A stretch of 64,000 bases of DNA from Octopus bimaculoides. Lineage: Eukaryota. The notes beneath the pieces were generated by a model. The model was given only the letters and a program-made list of their open reading frames with translations, was not told the origin of the DNA and searched no databases. The translations under genes were made by a program, and so were the position numbers. The stretch lies in contig NC_068982.1 in assembly GCF_001194135.2 (NCBI RefSeq), forward strand, positions 44,833,775-44,897,774, written 5' to 3'. Numbering within the stretch: the stretch's first letter is position 1; the number at the start of each line of letters is the position of its first letter. Positions 49,860-63,313 of this stretch are shown here, piece by piece.

Positions 49860-50340
49860 ATTGTTGTTGTGGTTCCGCACTCTTGAGAACTTCATACCCT
49901 ATCCAATCCTCTGTAGCTCGTCACTTATATTCACCTCCATATACCTTGAGGTTACACCTCACCACAATACATCTTCACCACTACCATCTTCTCTCTCTCT
50001 CTCTCTCTTTCCTCTTTTTTCCAACTAGGTAGCTATGTATCCCTTCTACAGTAGGAGAATCGTTTCTGTCCCTCTGTCATGTTTTAACTTTTCATTACTC
50101 AGCACAAAGCCATCTCTCTCAATACTACTCTCTACTCTCAGTTGAGGAGTCTTTATCCTGTAAGTTATTTGGTTACCTCACTGGTGTTGGTGCCACGTAT
50201 GAAGCACCCAGTACACTTTGTAAGATGCTTGGTGCTAGAAAGGGCAGTCAGCTGACAGTAGGGTGTGGTGCAGTTCCCTAACACAAACTGTCAAACACAT
50301 GCCAGTATGGAAAATAATGTTAAAAGCAGGTGATGATGAC
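49860..50340 (+). mobile_element. Family D long form with internal (CT)n
   Basis: accttgaggttacacctcacc in the 5' extension, then the D core and tail ctgtcaaacacatgccagtatggaaa. Confidence 0.6.
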
Positions 50341-51499
50341 AATGGTTAACACTGGTCACAATATTCTTGGTGAGGCTGCAAGCAAGGGAATTTGTGGTTG
50401 TATTGCTTGTATTGGGCCTAGTGTCAATGTCAGCAGTTATGGGGGGGGGTTGATTGGGTGGTGTTTTTAGTTTTGGTGTAAGTGGTGGTGGTGGGGTGAT
50501 AGTTGTCATGGTGGTGAGATGGAGGTTGATAGTTCTGGTAATGATTATTTATTTATTTATTTATTTATTTAATAATTTATTCCTGCTGAAAGTTGACATA
50601 ACTAGTTCAAGAAAATTACACAAGAAAAGACTCAGATTAAATAAAATAGGAAGAAAAAATATAAAGTAATTTGCTTTCTTTTTTTTTTCTTCAAAATCCT
50701 TGAGAATATCAACTATTCTTTTTTACTTAAAAAANNNNNNNNNNNNNNNNNNNNNNNNNNNNNNNNNNNNNNNNNNNNNNNNNNNNNNNNNNNNNNNNNN
50801 NNNNNNNNNNNNNNNNNNNNNNNNNNNNNNNNNNNNNNNNNNNNNNNNNNNNNNNNNNNNNNNNNNNNNNNNNNNNNNNNNNNNNNNNNNNNNNNNNNNN
50901 NNNNNNNNNNNNNNNNNNNNNNNNNNNNNNNNNNNNNNNNNNNNNNNNNNNNNNNNNNNNNNNNNNNNNNNNNNNNNNNNNNNNNNNNNNNNNNNNNNNN
51001 NNNNNNNNNNNNNNNNNNNNNNNNNNNNNNNNNNNNNNNNNNNNNNNNNNTTTTTTTTTTATCCATTTTCATATTTATTACATTTTACAATGAAGTCGTA
51101 ATATATATGTGATGGGGTGGTGAATGTGTGTGTGTGTGTGTGTGTGTGTGTGTTCAGAAACTGAAAGAGAAGAATAGGAAAGAAAAAAAGAAGAGGGTGT
51201 GGAGGGAAAGGAGCAGCTGGAGAAGGCAACTGAGAAACATAGTGAACAAGAGACAGAGAGAGAGGGGGAGAGAGAGAGGATGACAACAGTGAAATATATG
51301 CTGCTTGAGGAGAGGAAAAACAGATGCTGCAACCAAGAGAGAGAGATGGTAGTGGGGGTGACAAATGAGGAAAGGGGAGGAAGGAAGAGAATAAAAGTGA
51401 AAGTAGAAATACTATCAGCAGAGACAGGTAGAAAAGACTTTACTGGATGACCTTGACAATGACTGTAACCTGACCTTGGCAATGGCTTACCTTTCACTT

Positions 51500-51720
51500 T
51501 TTAGTTTTTTACTGGTTTCAGTCATTGGATAACAGCCATGCTGGGGCTACCTTGAACGACTTAGTCAAACAAATTGACCCCAGAACTATTTTTATTTTTT
51601 AAGCTTAGTACTTATTCTATCATCTTCTTTTTGCTGAACTACTAGGTTATAGAATGTAAACAAACCAACATCAGTAGTCATGCAGCAGTGGGGGACAAAC
51701 ACAAACAGAAATACACACAA
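51500..51720 (-). mobile_element. SINE family B1 3' half, decayed
   Basis: Matches 9540-9740. Confidence 0.75.
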
Positions 51721-51817
51721 TTCACACATGCACACACACACACATACACACAAGCACATATATGTGTGTGTGTGTGTATAGATATATATCTATGTATATG
51801 TGTGTGTATGTGTGTAT

Positions 51818-51867
<50 letters not shown>

Positions 51868-52695
51868 CAAGGTGTGGTGAATAAACTGTTGTCTAAATTA
51901 TGCAAAAATGAAAATAACACTCACTTTTCATTTTAACAGATATATTTACCAAAATTACATAAAAATATCTTGAAATATGAAAGAGTAAATTTATTCAAAA
52001 AAATCACCATTGCCTTCAACCACAGACACCAAAAAATTTCAGAATCTCCTGCAACTCTTCTTGGCAGTCTCCCTGTTTAAGTTGGTGAATGCTGCCATAA
52101 TTCTTGCCTTTCATCTTTGGTGTTACTAGGAGTTTTGTTGGTCTCTAGCTCAACTATGCCCCATACATAATAATGAAGGGGCAGTCTGGGGAGTTAGGTG
52201 GCCAGATGTTAGGGGCGATGTAGTTGTAGACATTGTCTGACACCCATGACTGGGTTCTTCTGGTTGTGTGACATGGTGTAGAGCCTGTTGTCAGACATAG
52301 GGTCTTCCAGCAGACACCCTCTTCACCCAGGGCAGCACTAGCTCCTCCAGGCACTTGATGTAGGCTTCTGTGTTAAGTATGAGGCCATGTGAGAAGATGA
52401 ATGGAGGCATAACATCGACACCACTAGTGATCACAACAAACAGCATGACGTTGACTGGATGTTTGATTTTTATCACTCTTGGTACATGTCCTTAGATTGA
52501 CAACCAAACATTCGTTTTGAAGCATCCAGTGTGAATGCCAAGCAGTACAGCATGTCGTTTTCAAATTTCTGGCAGAGTGAATTGCATTGCATCATGGTGC
52601 TGTTTTTCACATAGTCAGTACCCAACTGACCCTTGTGTACTGCGTAGTTAACAAAATCAAAAACAAGCAATGCACAATTTACCCATCATACCCTG
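51868..52695 (-). mobile_element. Tc1/mariner superfamily maT (DD37D)-like transposon, N-terminal half deleted
   Basis: TIRs caaggtgtggtgaataaactgt / cagggtatgatgggtaaattgt (16/22). Peptide KHPVNVMLFVVITS..VMPPFIF..EAYIKCLEE.VLPW..RPYV, CHTTRRTQSW..IWPPNSPDC, EGNGDFFE*. The D-37-D spacing comes from reconstructing two damaged codons. Confidence 0.85.
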
Positions 52696-52707
52696 TGTGT
52701 ATGTATG

Positions 52708-52753
<46 letters not shown>

Positions 52754-53371
52754 TGTGTGTGTATGTATATATATACACACAATGGGCTTCTTTCAGTTTC
52801 CATCTTCTAAATACATTCACGAGGCTTTAATTGGCCCAGGGTTATAGTAGACTTGCTCAAAGTGTCATGCTGTGAGACTGAATCTAGAACCACGTGGTTG
52901 AGAAACAAATGTCTTACCACAGAGCCATACCCGTACCTACATGCAATATCATTAATCTAATAATTTTTAAAAGGGGAGGAAAAAACCTTATTCTGTCATA
53001 CCACATATGGTAAGAAATATTAATAAAATGTAGATTGATTTCTCCAGTGAGTGTAAAACTAATATCTGCAGGAAAATTGGAATAGTTAAATGAATTAACC
53101 ATATATTACTGGTACTTATTCAATCAACACATGTGGATGGGAACAAAATCAATATTAATGAGATTTGAATTCACAACCTAGAGACACAGAAATAAAATAC
53201 TGCACATAGTTAATTTCTACAAAACCCTCCATGGTTGAATATTTATTGCAGTAAAAACTATAATATATTGTCATTGTCTACCTGAATCTACCCTGCTGAA
53301 AATAGATAGTTTTTGTTTCTCTTTGCAATTTGTTAGTTGACTTTTGTAAGTTTTTTAAAGAGTTTAAAATA

Positions 53372-53559
53372 CCATATTCTCTGGCATATAAGTCAAATTT
53401 CATAGACCAAAATTTACAGCCAAAAATAATTAGGTCCACTTCTACACTGAAATTCTATGAGAAATGCAGCAGGACTTGGAAAGATAGTGACAATAATGGA
53501 ATGCTTACACTACATGTTTACACTATATACTATTTTGATGTGTATACTGGAAAATGTGG
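53372..53559. mobile_element. pogo/Tigger-like MITE, copy 1
   Basis: TA-ccatattctctggcatataagtc ... gtgtatactggaaaatgtgg-TA imperfect TIRs; interior matches 53701-53894. Confidence 0.6.
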
Positions 53560-53700
53560 TATATCTGTTTTGAGAGGTGAATGCAAGATGAGAATTTACA
53601 GAATGTATATCTACAAACATGACTATATACACAAGACTATAATGTATCTGCACTCAAGATTATATAATTCTACCCAAGACAATATGCACAAGACAATTTA

Positions 53701-53894
53701 CCATATTTTCTCGCATACAAACTGAATTTTTCAGACCAAAATTTACAGCCAAAAAAATTAGATTAACTTATAGAACAAAAGAACTTTGGAGAACCAAAAA
53801 TTCCATGTAAAATGCAACAGGAGTTGGAAAGATAATAACAATGTTTGACTGTTTACACAATACACTATGTCAGCTTGCATTCCAGAAAATACAG
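53701..53894. mobile_element. pogo/Tigger-like MITE, copy 2
   Basis: ccatattttctcgcatacaaactg ... cagcttgcattccagaaaatacag; agaccaaaatttacagccaaaaa identical in both copies. Confidence 0.6.
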
Positions 53895-54924
53895 CATTTG
53901 GTGTAATAATTCATGCATATCTCCAGAATTTTCTGAATTTTAAGTCACTCCCAACTAGCATGTCTAAGGGAGAATCCTTATACTACCTATCAATGCGGGG
54001 TACTTGACACTCTTGATGTATATGATGCCACAAATATAAACCCTTCAGATTCACCATGCATAATAAACATTTCCACAACAAACACACAATGTGCATCAAT
54101 ACAAATTATTGTTGTTGGAGCATCTTGGGTCCAAGAAAAGCAATTCTGGAATTTTTTGCTGGACAAACCTGCACAGTTGATTTGGTCTAGTGATCAAATG
54201 TTTGTACTGTACAATGGGATACTGGAAAGATCCAGGCTTGAAGGGTATTGCAAAAGGCCTGGATGGAGGCCCAACCTTCAAAGTTTTACAGGGCTTAGGA
54301 AAACCAAAGGACCACTACAATAAGTGTATGAATCTGAGAGGGATAATATGTTGAATAAAATCATAATTAACTGATAGTCCAGTATTTACTGTTACTGAAA
54401 GACAGAAACTTTTCAGCACCTTGTCATACATGAGCTGACTCCCTCCACCAAATTGACATAGCCTGTACAGGCACTTGGTGTGTTACTCATCAGATGTCAA
54501 ATTGATAACATTAAATCATTATGGTAACTGGAGAAAAAAGCCATAAAATGGAGTGTTTTGCTTGAGAGTACAATGCATCATTCAGTCAGGAGATTGAAAC
54601 CACAACTTATCAAGAGTGCAACATCTTTACTTGGCTACAGACCTTCCCCAGGCCTGTACATAATGTGCTTTTAATGTCTTCTTGTTGAGGGGGGAAAAAA
54701 AACACAGATGCACAACTACTAAATATAAATCAGATTAAAAATCCATTTGAACATATTGAATTAAATATAAACAAAAGATCAATAAAGTAGTTTAAAAAAA
54801 TCTACGTTGGTGAAAACTTTTAGTTACCAAATCTAAGTTTAATCTTTTTAGCAGATGCAGAGATGTAAGTAAATGTGTAGGCAACAATATAAATCATCAA
54901 TGAATGAAGATGTAGAGGTAGGTG

Positions 54925-56210
54925 CAGGTGTGGATGTGTATAGTTCAGAAGTTTTCTTGCCAGAAACATGGTTTTGAGTTCAATTCCACTGCATGGCACC
55001 TGGGGCAAGCATCTTCTAGTATAGCACTGGGCCAACTAAAGTGTTGTAAGTGGATTTGGTAGGTAGAAACTGAAAGAAACCCATCATATGTGTGTGTGTG
55101 CTTATGAGAGTGTGAGTGTGTATGCTTATGTCACCTTGCATTAAAATCGCATGATGTTATGAATGAGTATCATTGTCAAACAATGTCATTCATTTCCAAT
55201 ATTCTGCAAAAACAGGTCTGGCCATAAGGAAATATTACCTTGCTTGGAAACAGTTAAGGGTTGACAACAGAAAAGGCATCCAGTCAAAGAAAAATCTGCC
55301 TCAATAAACTCTGTCCAACCCATGCAAGCATATGAAAGTAGACACTAAAATGATGATGTGATGATGACGATATGTCCAATTTGTTTCCTCGCTAGCATGA
55401 GTTACACAAACACGTATTGAGGCATTGTTTTACAGCCTGATGCCCTTTCTGATACTAACTTTTACCTGTTTTTCAATTAATGGCTTTGTCATTCCAATTG
55501 ATCTTCAAAAGTACAGAGCCAGCAAATGATTTATTGACAAGGAAGTGTCAACAAACGCTGCCATTTTTTTTGCTCAATGCTTTTTATGCAAGAACAGGGA
55601 AAGTGAACATTTACATAAACATATATAAGTATGCATGCACATACACACACACACGCACACACACAAACACACAACAGGCTTCCATGCAGTTTCCATCTAC
55701 CAATTTCACATACAAAATATTGGTTGACCTGAAGGTTTAGCAGAAGACACTTGCCCAAGGCACAATGCAGTGACTAGAACTCGAGACTATGTGATAACAA
55801 ATTGAACTTCATATCCTTATAGCTGTGTTTCACAATTTAACAAAATGATAGGTCTTTATTTCAAATATTTCCAATTTTATTTTTGAAAGCATAGCTGTTT
55901 TGTTAAGAAGCTCACCTCCCAACAATGTAGTGTTGGGTTCAGTTCCAATGTACAACACTTTTTGTCCTGGGCCAACCAAAGCCTTGTGAGTAGATTTGAT
56001 AGACGAAAACTGTAAGAAGCTTGTCATGTGTGTGTGTGTGTGTGTGTGTGTGTATAGCCTTGTGAAGTTGTTTATTTCTAGTTTTCTATGAAAAACATGT
56101 CTGGGAAACAGGTGAGGTTGGCAACAGGAAGGGCATCCAGTTGTAGAAAAGTCGCCTCCACGAATTCAATCTGACCCATGCAAGTATGAAAAAGTGGACA
56201 TTAAAATGAC
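54925..56210. mobile_element. SINE B cluster: B2(+) 54925-55370, B(-) 55400-55810, B2(+) 55885-56210
   Basis: B heads, (GT)n spacers and RTE-type tails gacccatgcaag.atg.aaa.gtggac.ttaaaatga. Confidence 0.75.
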
Positions 56211-56227
56211 AATAAATTCATATTCTA

Positions 56228-56653
56228 CAGAGTGGGCCAAAAGTCATGCACCAAAACATTTGGCATTCTACATATATTACATTATCATCATAATTAATAA
56301 GATATCAAGCTGGCAGACTCATTAGCACACCAGGCAAAATGCTTCGCAACATTTTGTATGTCTTTACATTCTGAGTTCAAATTCCACTAAGGTTGACATT
56401 GCCTTCCATCCTTTCAGGGTCAATAAATTAAGTACCAGTTGAGTACTGAGGTTGATGTAATCAATTATCCCCCTCCCCCAAATTTCAGGCCTTGTGCCTA
56501 AAATAGAAAGGATTATCATTATTATTATTCATTTTGTCCATCATGTATAAGTACATGTGTATTCATCCTTATTTTATTTATTTTATTCAATTGAAGCATG
56601 TCTGACAATTCCAGAGCATATAGAACTTTGTGTGTGACTTTTGGCCCAACCTG
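56228..56653. mobile_element. Tc1-like MITE with a nested SINE A (about 56307-56520)
   Basis: TA-cagagtgggccaaaagtca ... tgacttttggcccaacctg-TA. Confidence 0.85.
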
Positions 56654-57548
56654 TATAAATAGATATTGTGTATGTGAAAATATAAGCTAGAGAAAATGTG
56701 AACTATATTCATTTTGTCATTTAGAATAAATGTGGATGATAGTAGATCAATCCTTTGTAGCCAAGTTTTTACTTATAATGCATTCTCCATATCACATTTC
56801 AATCTTAAATCTAATACCTCTACTCTACTAATAATATCTAGAAACCATATGTTGATATTAAGGTTGTGTGTAAAAATTATAACAGTAACATCTATCACTT
56901 AAAAGCTTAACCTTGAGTTGTCTTAACTAGAAACCTTTCATAGCATTTCATTCAGTCGAAATAAATCTACTGAAGGAATGAGATTTTAAACTGACAACAC
57001 AACAGAACATACTTAATAAATGATATTATTTTTGTTGGGGGAGAAAAAACAAATATTTTTTTATTCTCCAAAACTGGAAAAGGTCAATAAAGATTACAGA
57101 GAAGCTATTTGTCATTTTATTAACAGATACATATTTTTTCTGTTGACATATTTTCAAATATCTAGTTTTTGTCAATGTCAGAAGCTGACAGAATTCTAAT
57201 GTTTATCAATTTTTTTTTACACAAATGAAAGGTTCAATACCTATTCATGCAGATAAAATGGTTTTTGGAAGAGAAAAAAAAAACGAACAAATAAGGACAT
57301 TATACCCTTTATGTAACTTGCTTTAAGACCACAAATCCCCAAACGATAATACAAATATACCTGCATACATATTTATATATGTACATACATGCATGCATAC
57401 ATACTTGATGGTTGTCAATTCGTCAGACAGACATGACGATCACTGACAAGTTATCTCATTTCTGGATTTCTTTCTTTTTTTTTTTCCATTGACCATGGGA
57501 TTTACATTGGTTTTAAAGCCAGCAAATGACTCACATTTTTTATTGCAG

Positions 57549-57626
57549 ATGCAGCATACATTTGCATGTGTTGCAATCAAGTGCTCCTTCTGTACAGCAA
57601 ATCAATTGTGTATATTCACAAGCCGT
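57549..57626 (+). CDS. Possible 78-nt symmetric exon
   Basis: Acceptor ttttttattgcag|, donor cgt|gtgagt; all three frames open; no homology recognised. Confidence 0.2.
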
Positions 57627-57671
57627 GTGAGTTCTGATTAGTTTGAAAATACCCCTACCACATATATTCTT

Positions 57672-58205
57672 TTCTACTCAAGGCACAAGGCCCAACATTT
57701 TGTGGGAGGGGGCCAGTCGATCAGATTGACTTCAGGACGCAACTGGTACATAATTTATCGACCCCGAAAGGATGAAAGGCAAAGTTGACCTTGGTGGAAT
57801 TTGAACTCAGAACATAGACAGACAAAATACCTCTAAGCATTTCACCCGGCATGCTAATGTTTCTGCCAGCTCGCCACTTCCTGTATAATGGATTAGCAGC
57901 TAGAAATTGGTTAGATTCAAACTGAGGACTTTCAGCCCTGTTTGTGTAGATAAAAAGGATAAAGATCCCTCCTGAGTCTTATAGACTCAGAGGGCCAGTT
58001 TCCTGGTTTCCATGATGCATATATTCCCCCTTGGACAAAATGCCAGTCGATCACTAGATTATTCATTTTTTCCAGCTGAGGTGGGGCTGAAGTAACATGA
58101 AATGAAGTGCTTTGTTCAAGAGCACATGTCACCCAGTTCAGGAATTGGAATCACAATTTTAGAATCATGAGTCTAACACCCTAACCACTAAGCCATGCAC
58201 CTCCA
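57672..58205 (-). mobile_element. SINE A (57672-57880, young) and SINE G (57930-58205)
   Basis: Family matches as above; the A copy retains CpGs (cgaccccgaaagg, cccggcatg). Confidence 0.85.
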
Positions 58206-58319
58206 CCATGTTTGTGTTGCTGGCTTGTGTAGACCATTCTAATGAAAATTCTTGAAACTTCGTGATGCTATGTATGCATGTACATATGTATGAATGTATG
58301 TAAATGACTTTTTAGCCTT

Positions 58320-58655
58320 GCTGGTGGCATGACAACTTCTTTAGTGCTAGTCCCATGAAAAAATGTACCTAGTACACTCTGTAGGCATTGGCAAACCAAG
58401 CAGAGACACTTTAGCATTGCTGAGAGCAAGACAACCACTCTAGTGCTAGTATTATAAAAAAATGCACCCTGTACATTCTGTAAAGTGATTGGTGTTAGAA
58501 AGGGCACTAAGTCATAATAACCATAAGTATTGGGGCTGATTCATTAGACTAAAATGCTACAAGGTGCTGCCCCAGCATGGCCACAGTCTAATGACCAAAA
58601 CAGGTAAAAGTTAAAAGATAAAAGAAGTATTATGTGTGTATGTATATGTATGTAC

Positions 58656-58703
<48 letters not shown>

Positions 58704-58945
58704 GCTATGTATATGTGTGTATCTTTGAGTCTATCTTTGTCTATCACCCCCACATCACTTGGCAATAGGCGCTGGTTTGTTTTATGTCTCTGTTAACTTG
58801 GTGGTTCAGCAAAATAGACTGATAAAATAAATACCAGATTTAAATAGAACTTAAGTACTGGGTTTGTTTTGATTGACAAAAACTCTTCAAGGCAGTACCC
58901 CAGCATGGCAGCAGTCCAATGACTGAAACATGTATAAGATAAAAA
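58320..58945. mobile_element. Family D fragments and two inverted B1 3' halves
   Basis: cagcatggccacagtc..atgac..aaac tail motif at 58575 and 58905. Confidence 0.6.
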
Positions 58946-59544
58946 TTACCAGCAACATTGATAGCATAAAACTAAAAGCTGAAACTGAGCTCTACACTGT
59001 TTTCTAAGAACTTAATTACTATTTTTTGGCTCTTATCTACAATAACAATAAAAAGTAATTCCAGAGAAAATGTTACTAAATAAGTGTGCACAGTAGATAT
59101 AAAAATTACATAGTTAACACTAAGACACCATCTCTTATATTTACAACTCTTGTTAAAACTACACAGTATTTACTGGTATGACTAGATTTCCCAAAATTAT
59201 CTCTAAAAATAACCAAATTACAATACTCTTGGATATTCCTATGCAATATAATTGGAAAAATCATATGCAAACTGTTTAGAGAGCTCATTAATGGCTTAAA
59301 TAAGAAATGATTTTTTTTTTTTTTTTTATCGGCGTATCAGTCTCTTTAGAATAGAAGAATTTATTGCAAAAGTAATTCAGAAATTTTGGTTTAAAGCCCC
59401 CTAGAGACAGCTCTGACTTGTGGCACAATGGATAACATGTCTGACTCCAGATCAGAAATTCCAAGTTTGAATCCTGGTAAGATTGAATGAATTTTATTTC
59501 AGAACCATCTAGGGAAGTAGCACTAATAAATATTTTTCAGCACA

Positions 59545-59745
59545 GATATGGGTGTGAGGTAAGAAGCTTGCTTCCCAACCACATAGTTCCAGGTTCACTT
59601 TGGGCATGTGCCTTCTGATAGAGCCCTGGGCCAACCAAATCCTTGTAAGTGAATTTGGTAGATGAAACTGAAAGAAGATCATCACATATATACACACATG
59701 TGTGTNNNNNNNNNNGTGCGTGCGTGCGTGCGTGTGTGTGTGTGC

Positions 59746-59784
<39 letters not shown>

Positions 59785-60005
59785 TGTGTGTGTAGTATAT
59801 GTGCATATGTATCTTTGTCTGTATTTGTCCACCACTGGTGCTGGTTTGTTTACATCCCTATAACTTAGTGGTTCAGCAAAAGATATTGATAGAATAAGTG
59901 CCAGACTTTAAAAAAATAAGTACTGTGGGTGATTCCTTTGGATAAAACCCTTCAAGGAGATGCCCCAGCATGGCCACACTCCAAAGACTAAAAGAAGTAA
60001 AAGAT
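59545..60005 (+). mobile_element. SINE family B1, full length, with internal (GT)n containing a small gap
   Basis: Head gtgtgaggtaagaagcttgc through tail gactaaaagaagtaaaagataaaa. Confidence 0.85.
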
Positions 60006-60816
60006 AAAATATATACTTTGGATGTAGATTCTATAAAAGCAATATTAGGGGCAGACAAACTAGAACATACATATATACATTTTGTAATAATATTATTTAT
60101 TGTAGTTATGTTTATAACACTTGTAACTATAGTGATGGTTTTTTTTTTTTCCTGGTGGTATTATTTGTCAAATCAATATTTATGATAACAAATGATAGTA
60201 TTTGTTTATATAATATTGATGGTATTTATTTATACCATAACTAATGGTATCGATAGTGTTAGCTACGATATCTGTTTTAGCAATGTGTTGCAATAGTCCA
60301 AATAAATTTTTTTTTATGATGTTTTTGGGTTGGTAATGGGATTTTGACAGTTATTTAATAAGCAATGGTATTTGTATGCATAATATTGTTTGATATAAAT
60401 ATTACTAATAGTTGTCTTTGTGTTCTTCCTCTGCAGTAGTAACAAGACTGTAATAATAATAATATTAGTTGAATAAATAAATTTTATTCTGTATTTGTAA
60501 AAGTAACAACATGAAAGACATGAGATGAAAATCGTGGACAAATATTGCTTCATATTTATTTAGCTCATATCACTACATATCCTACCTTTTTACACTATTC
60601 CCAGAATGATATATAGTGGTCAAGAATTAGGCATAGAACAAAACTATTCCCATATATCTGTTGAATCATAGTCTCCTTTTATTTACCTACTTACCTTGCT
60701 ATCATGTTAAGAGACATCTGTTTTCTATGCTGGCATGGGTTGGATGGCTTGACAGGGACTGGCAAGGCCAAGGGCTACACTAGGTTCCATGGTCTGTTTT
60801 GGCTTGGTTTCTACAA

Positions 60817-61034
60817 CTTTATAGAACATACACACATTTGGCAAACCACTGTTGTAATTACATAACAGTTGTTGAAACATTATATAATCTTCCAAAACTC
60901 TTCTTAAGTGTTCAGCAATAAATGGTATTTATTACTGAACACTGAAGAAGTGATTTACCTAATTATGTAATATTTCAACAGCTGTTATGCTTTCATGGTA
61001 GTAATATTCTGAAGTGGGTGTATGTTCTATAAAG
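60817..61034. mobile_element. 218-bp foldback element following a truncated family D copy (60715-60816)
   Basis: Paired blocks of 17/17, 25/28 and 21/23 nt separated by unpaired 27-28 and 12 nt segments; 3-nt apical loop. Confidence 0.8.
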
Positions 61035-61185
61035 CATTGAACACCTTACTTGATTTCTGTGTTTTATTAATTATGCATGCATGCATGCATACATACATAC
61101 ATGCATCTTGCAGTATCTATCTACCAAATCCGCTCACAAGGATTTGGTCAGCCTACAGCCATAGTAGGAGATACACATACCCATA

Positions 61186-61266
<81 letters not shown>

Positions 61267-62373
61267 TTGTCATTTCCACTTGTTTGCAAAGAAACTGCTG
61301 AACTAAAAGCTGTGTAGTCATGTTTACATTCTCAGTGAACATTATATCCAGCAGGTCTGAGGCTTCAAAGAAGATTAATAAAAAATATCCTATACATGAA
61401 AAGCAAGAGTTAGCAGCAGAAAGGGCATCCAGCTATAAAACACCATCTCAAATAAGTATCCTTCCAATTGTCTCAGCATAGAAAGATGGACATAAAATGA
61501 ATGAATGGATATATATGTATGTATAAACATGTGTGTGTTTGTATGTATGTATGTATGTGTGTATGTATGCATGTATGCATGTATGTTTGTAGGTATTTTA
61601 CATCAATATGTATGTATATATATGTGTATATATGTGTTTGAGTACATGTGACAGGAATTATGTATATATGTACAAATATGTATGTACTCATACACAACTA
61701 TAGAAGACAAAATATTACTTTTGTCTGAAGTTACTGGAAAGTTAATAATGACAGTGAGCTTTCCATGGAAATAAGCATCAACAACTGGGGAAATCACAAG
61801 ACAATTATGTGTTTCATATGTTTTGATATTACCTTTGAGATTTCTGAGAAATTTTTTCTTTTATCTCATCACTTATGTGCATCCTTAACTAAAATTGCGA
61901 TAGAAATGTTCGAATGTTGTTTGTTAGTTCTGTTGTCTGATTCAGGTTAAGCCATTGGCTAACACATTGAGATCACAAATAAAGAATATTTATCGGAAAA
62001 ACATCAATGTTGCACTAAACATCCCTTTTGTAATTCAAATATTACTCCATCCATTATCTTTAACATAACTCAGAACAAATCGACAAGTATCCTCCATTCA
62101 TTATCTTTAACATAACTCAGAACAAATCAACATGTTTCATGAGAGAAGCAGTGAATAACATGGCAATGTGCTGGACAAAAGTTGTTCTGTGTGAATAAAA
62201 GATTTTTTAACGTAGTTGTGTGTGTGTGTGTGTGTTTGTGCATCATCATCATCCTACTTTCACTTTCCATACTGGTATGACTTGGCTGGTTCAACAGTAT
62301 ACAACAGGTTCCAGTGCTTCACTTTTGTTATAGTTTCTATAGTTGGATGCCCTTCCTAATGCTACATAAACAT

Positions 62374-62431
<58 letters not shown>

Positions 62432-63267
62432 AAAATTGATTAAGGAGACAAACTATTATTTAGTTCATACACTTATTCAATTTACCTATTTTCTACTAAA
62501 TACAACTTACAGTTCTGGATATAAATCCTGGACGCTTAAGCAACATTTAGCTATCTTGAAATTATTCCCTTGGATTTTCCTTTAAATTATATATATATAT
62601 ATATAGTAAATTCCCAAAAAAACAAAGAACAAACACAAAAAAACAACATGAGGATGTGGTACAGGTAAGGTATTAACGGATGCTCAGGGAAGGAGAGAAA
62701 GGTGATTTTACGTTTTGAGCAAAGCAGGAGACAGAGGAAAGTTCAATAGAAACAGGAGACAGAGGAAAGTCCAACAGAAAAGGAAGATGGAGGGGAAAAA
62801 ATCACTAACGATTCACATGTGGTTACATTATGAAATATACATAAAGAGAGAGCAAGAAAGAGAATGATTAAATGATTGTGTATATGTGTGCGTATATGTG
62901 TGTGTGTGTGTATGTGTGTGTGTGTGTCTATATGTATATAGAGTGTATATGTGTGTGTATGTATGTATATATATGTATATATGTATGTATGTTTATGTCA
63001 TGTCAGCCATTTAATAAAGCACTAAAACCATTGAATCCACTTATAATTTATCTCATGAGATGTCAAAATTTTTTTTGCGCTACTGCAACTTGTCCAGTGC
63101 AGTAAGTTAGTGCACTGAAACTATTGACATCTCATAAAATAAATTAGAACTGAATTTAATGACGTTTGTGCATTATTAAATGGCCAAAATGACTCTTTCA
63201 TGCAATATTCAGTTTCAACACATGACCTCATATGAAGTCGCATGTACAACTCAGATGTATTATATAT

Positions 63268-63313
<46 letters not shown>

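Noticed and set aside
57412-57452. Small hairpin containing CTGACGA on the minus strand
   Set aside because: No downstream GAAA or stem III.
62700-62730. Possible hammerhead 3' half (ctttgctc aaaacg on minus)
   Set aside because: Core absent in this copy; cannot be supported from the window alone.
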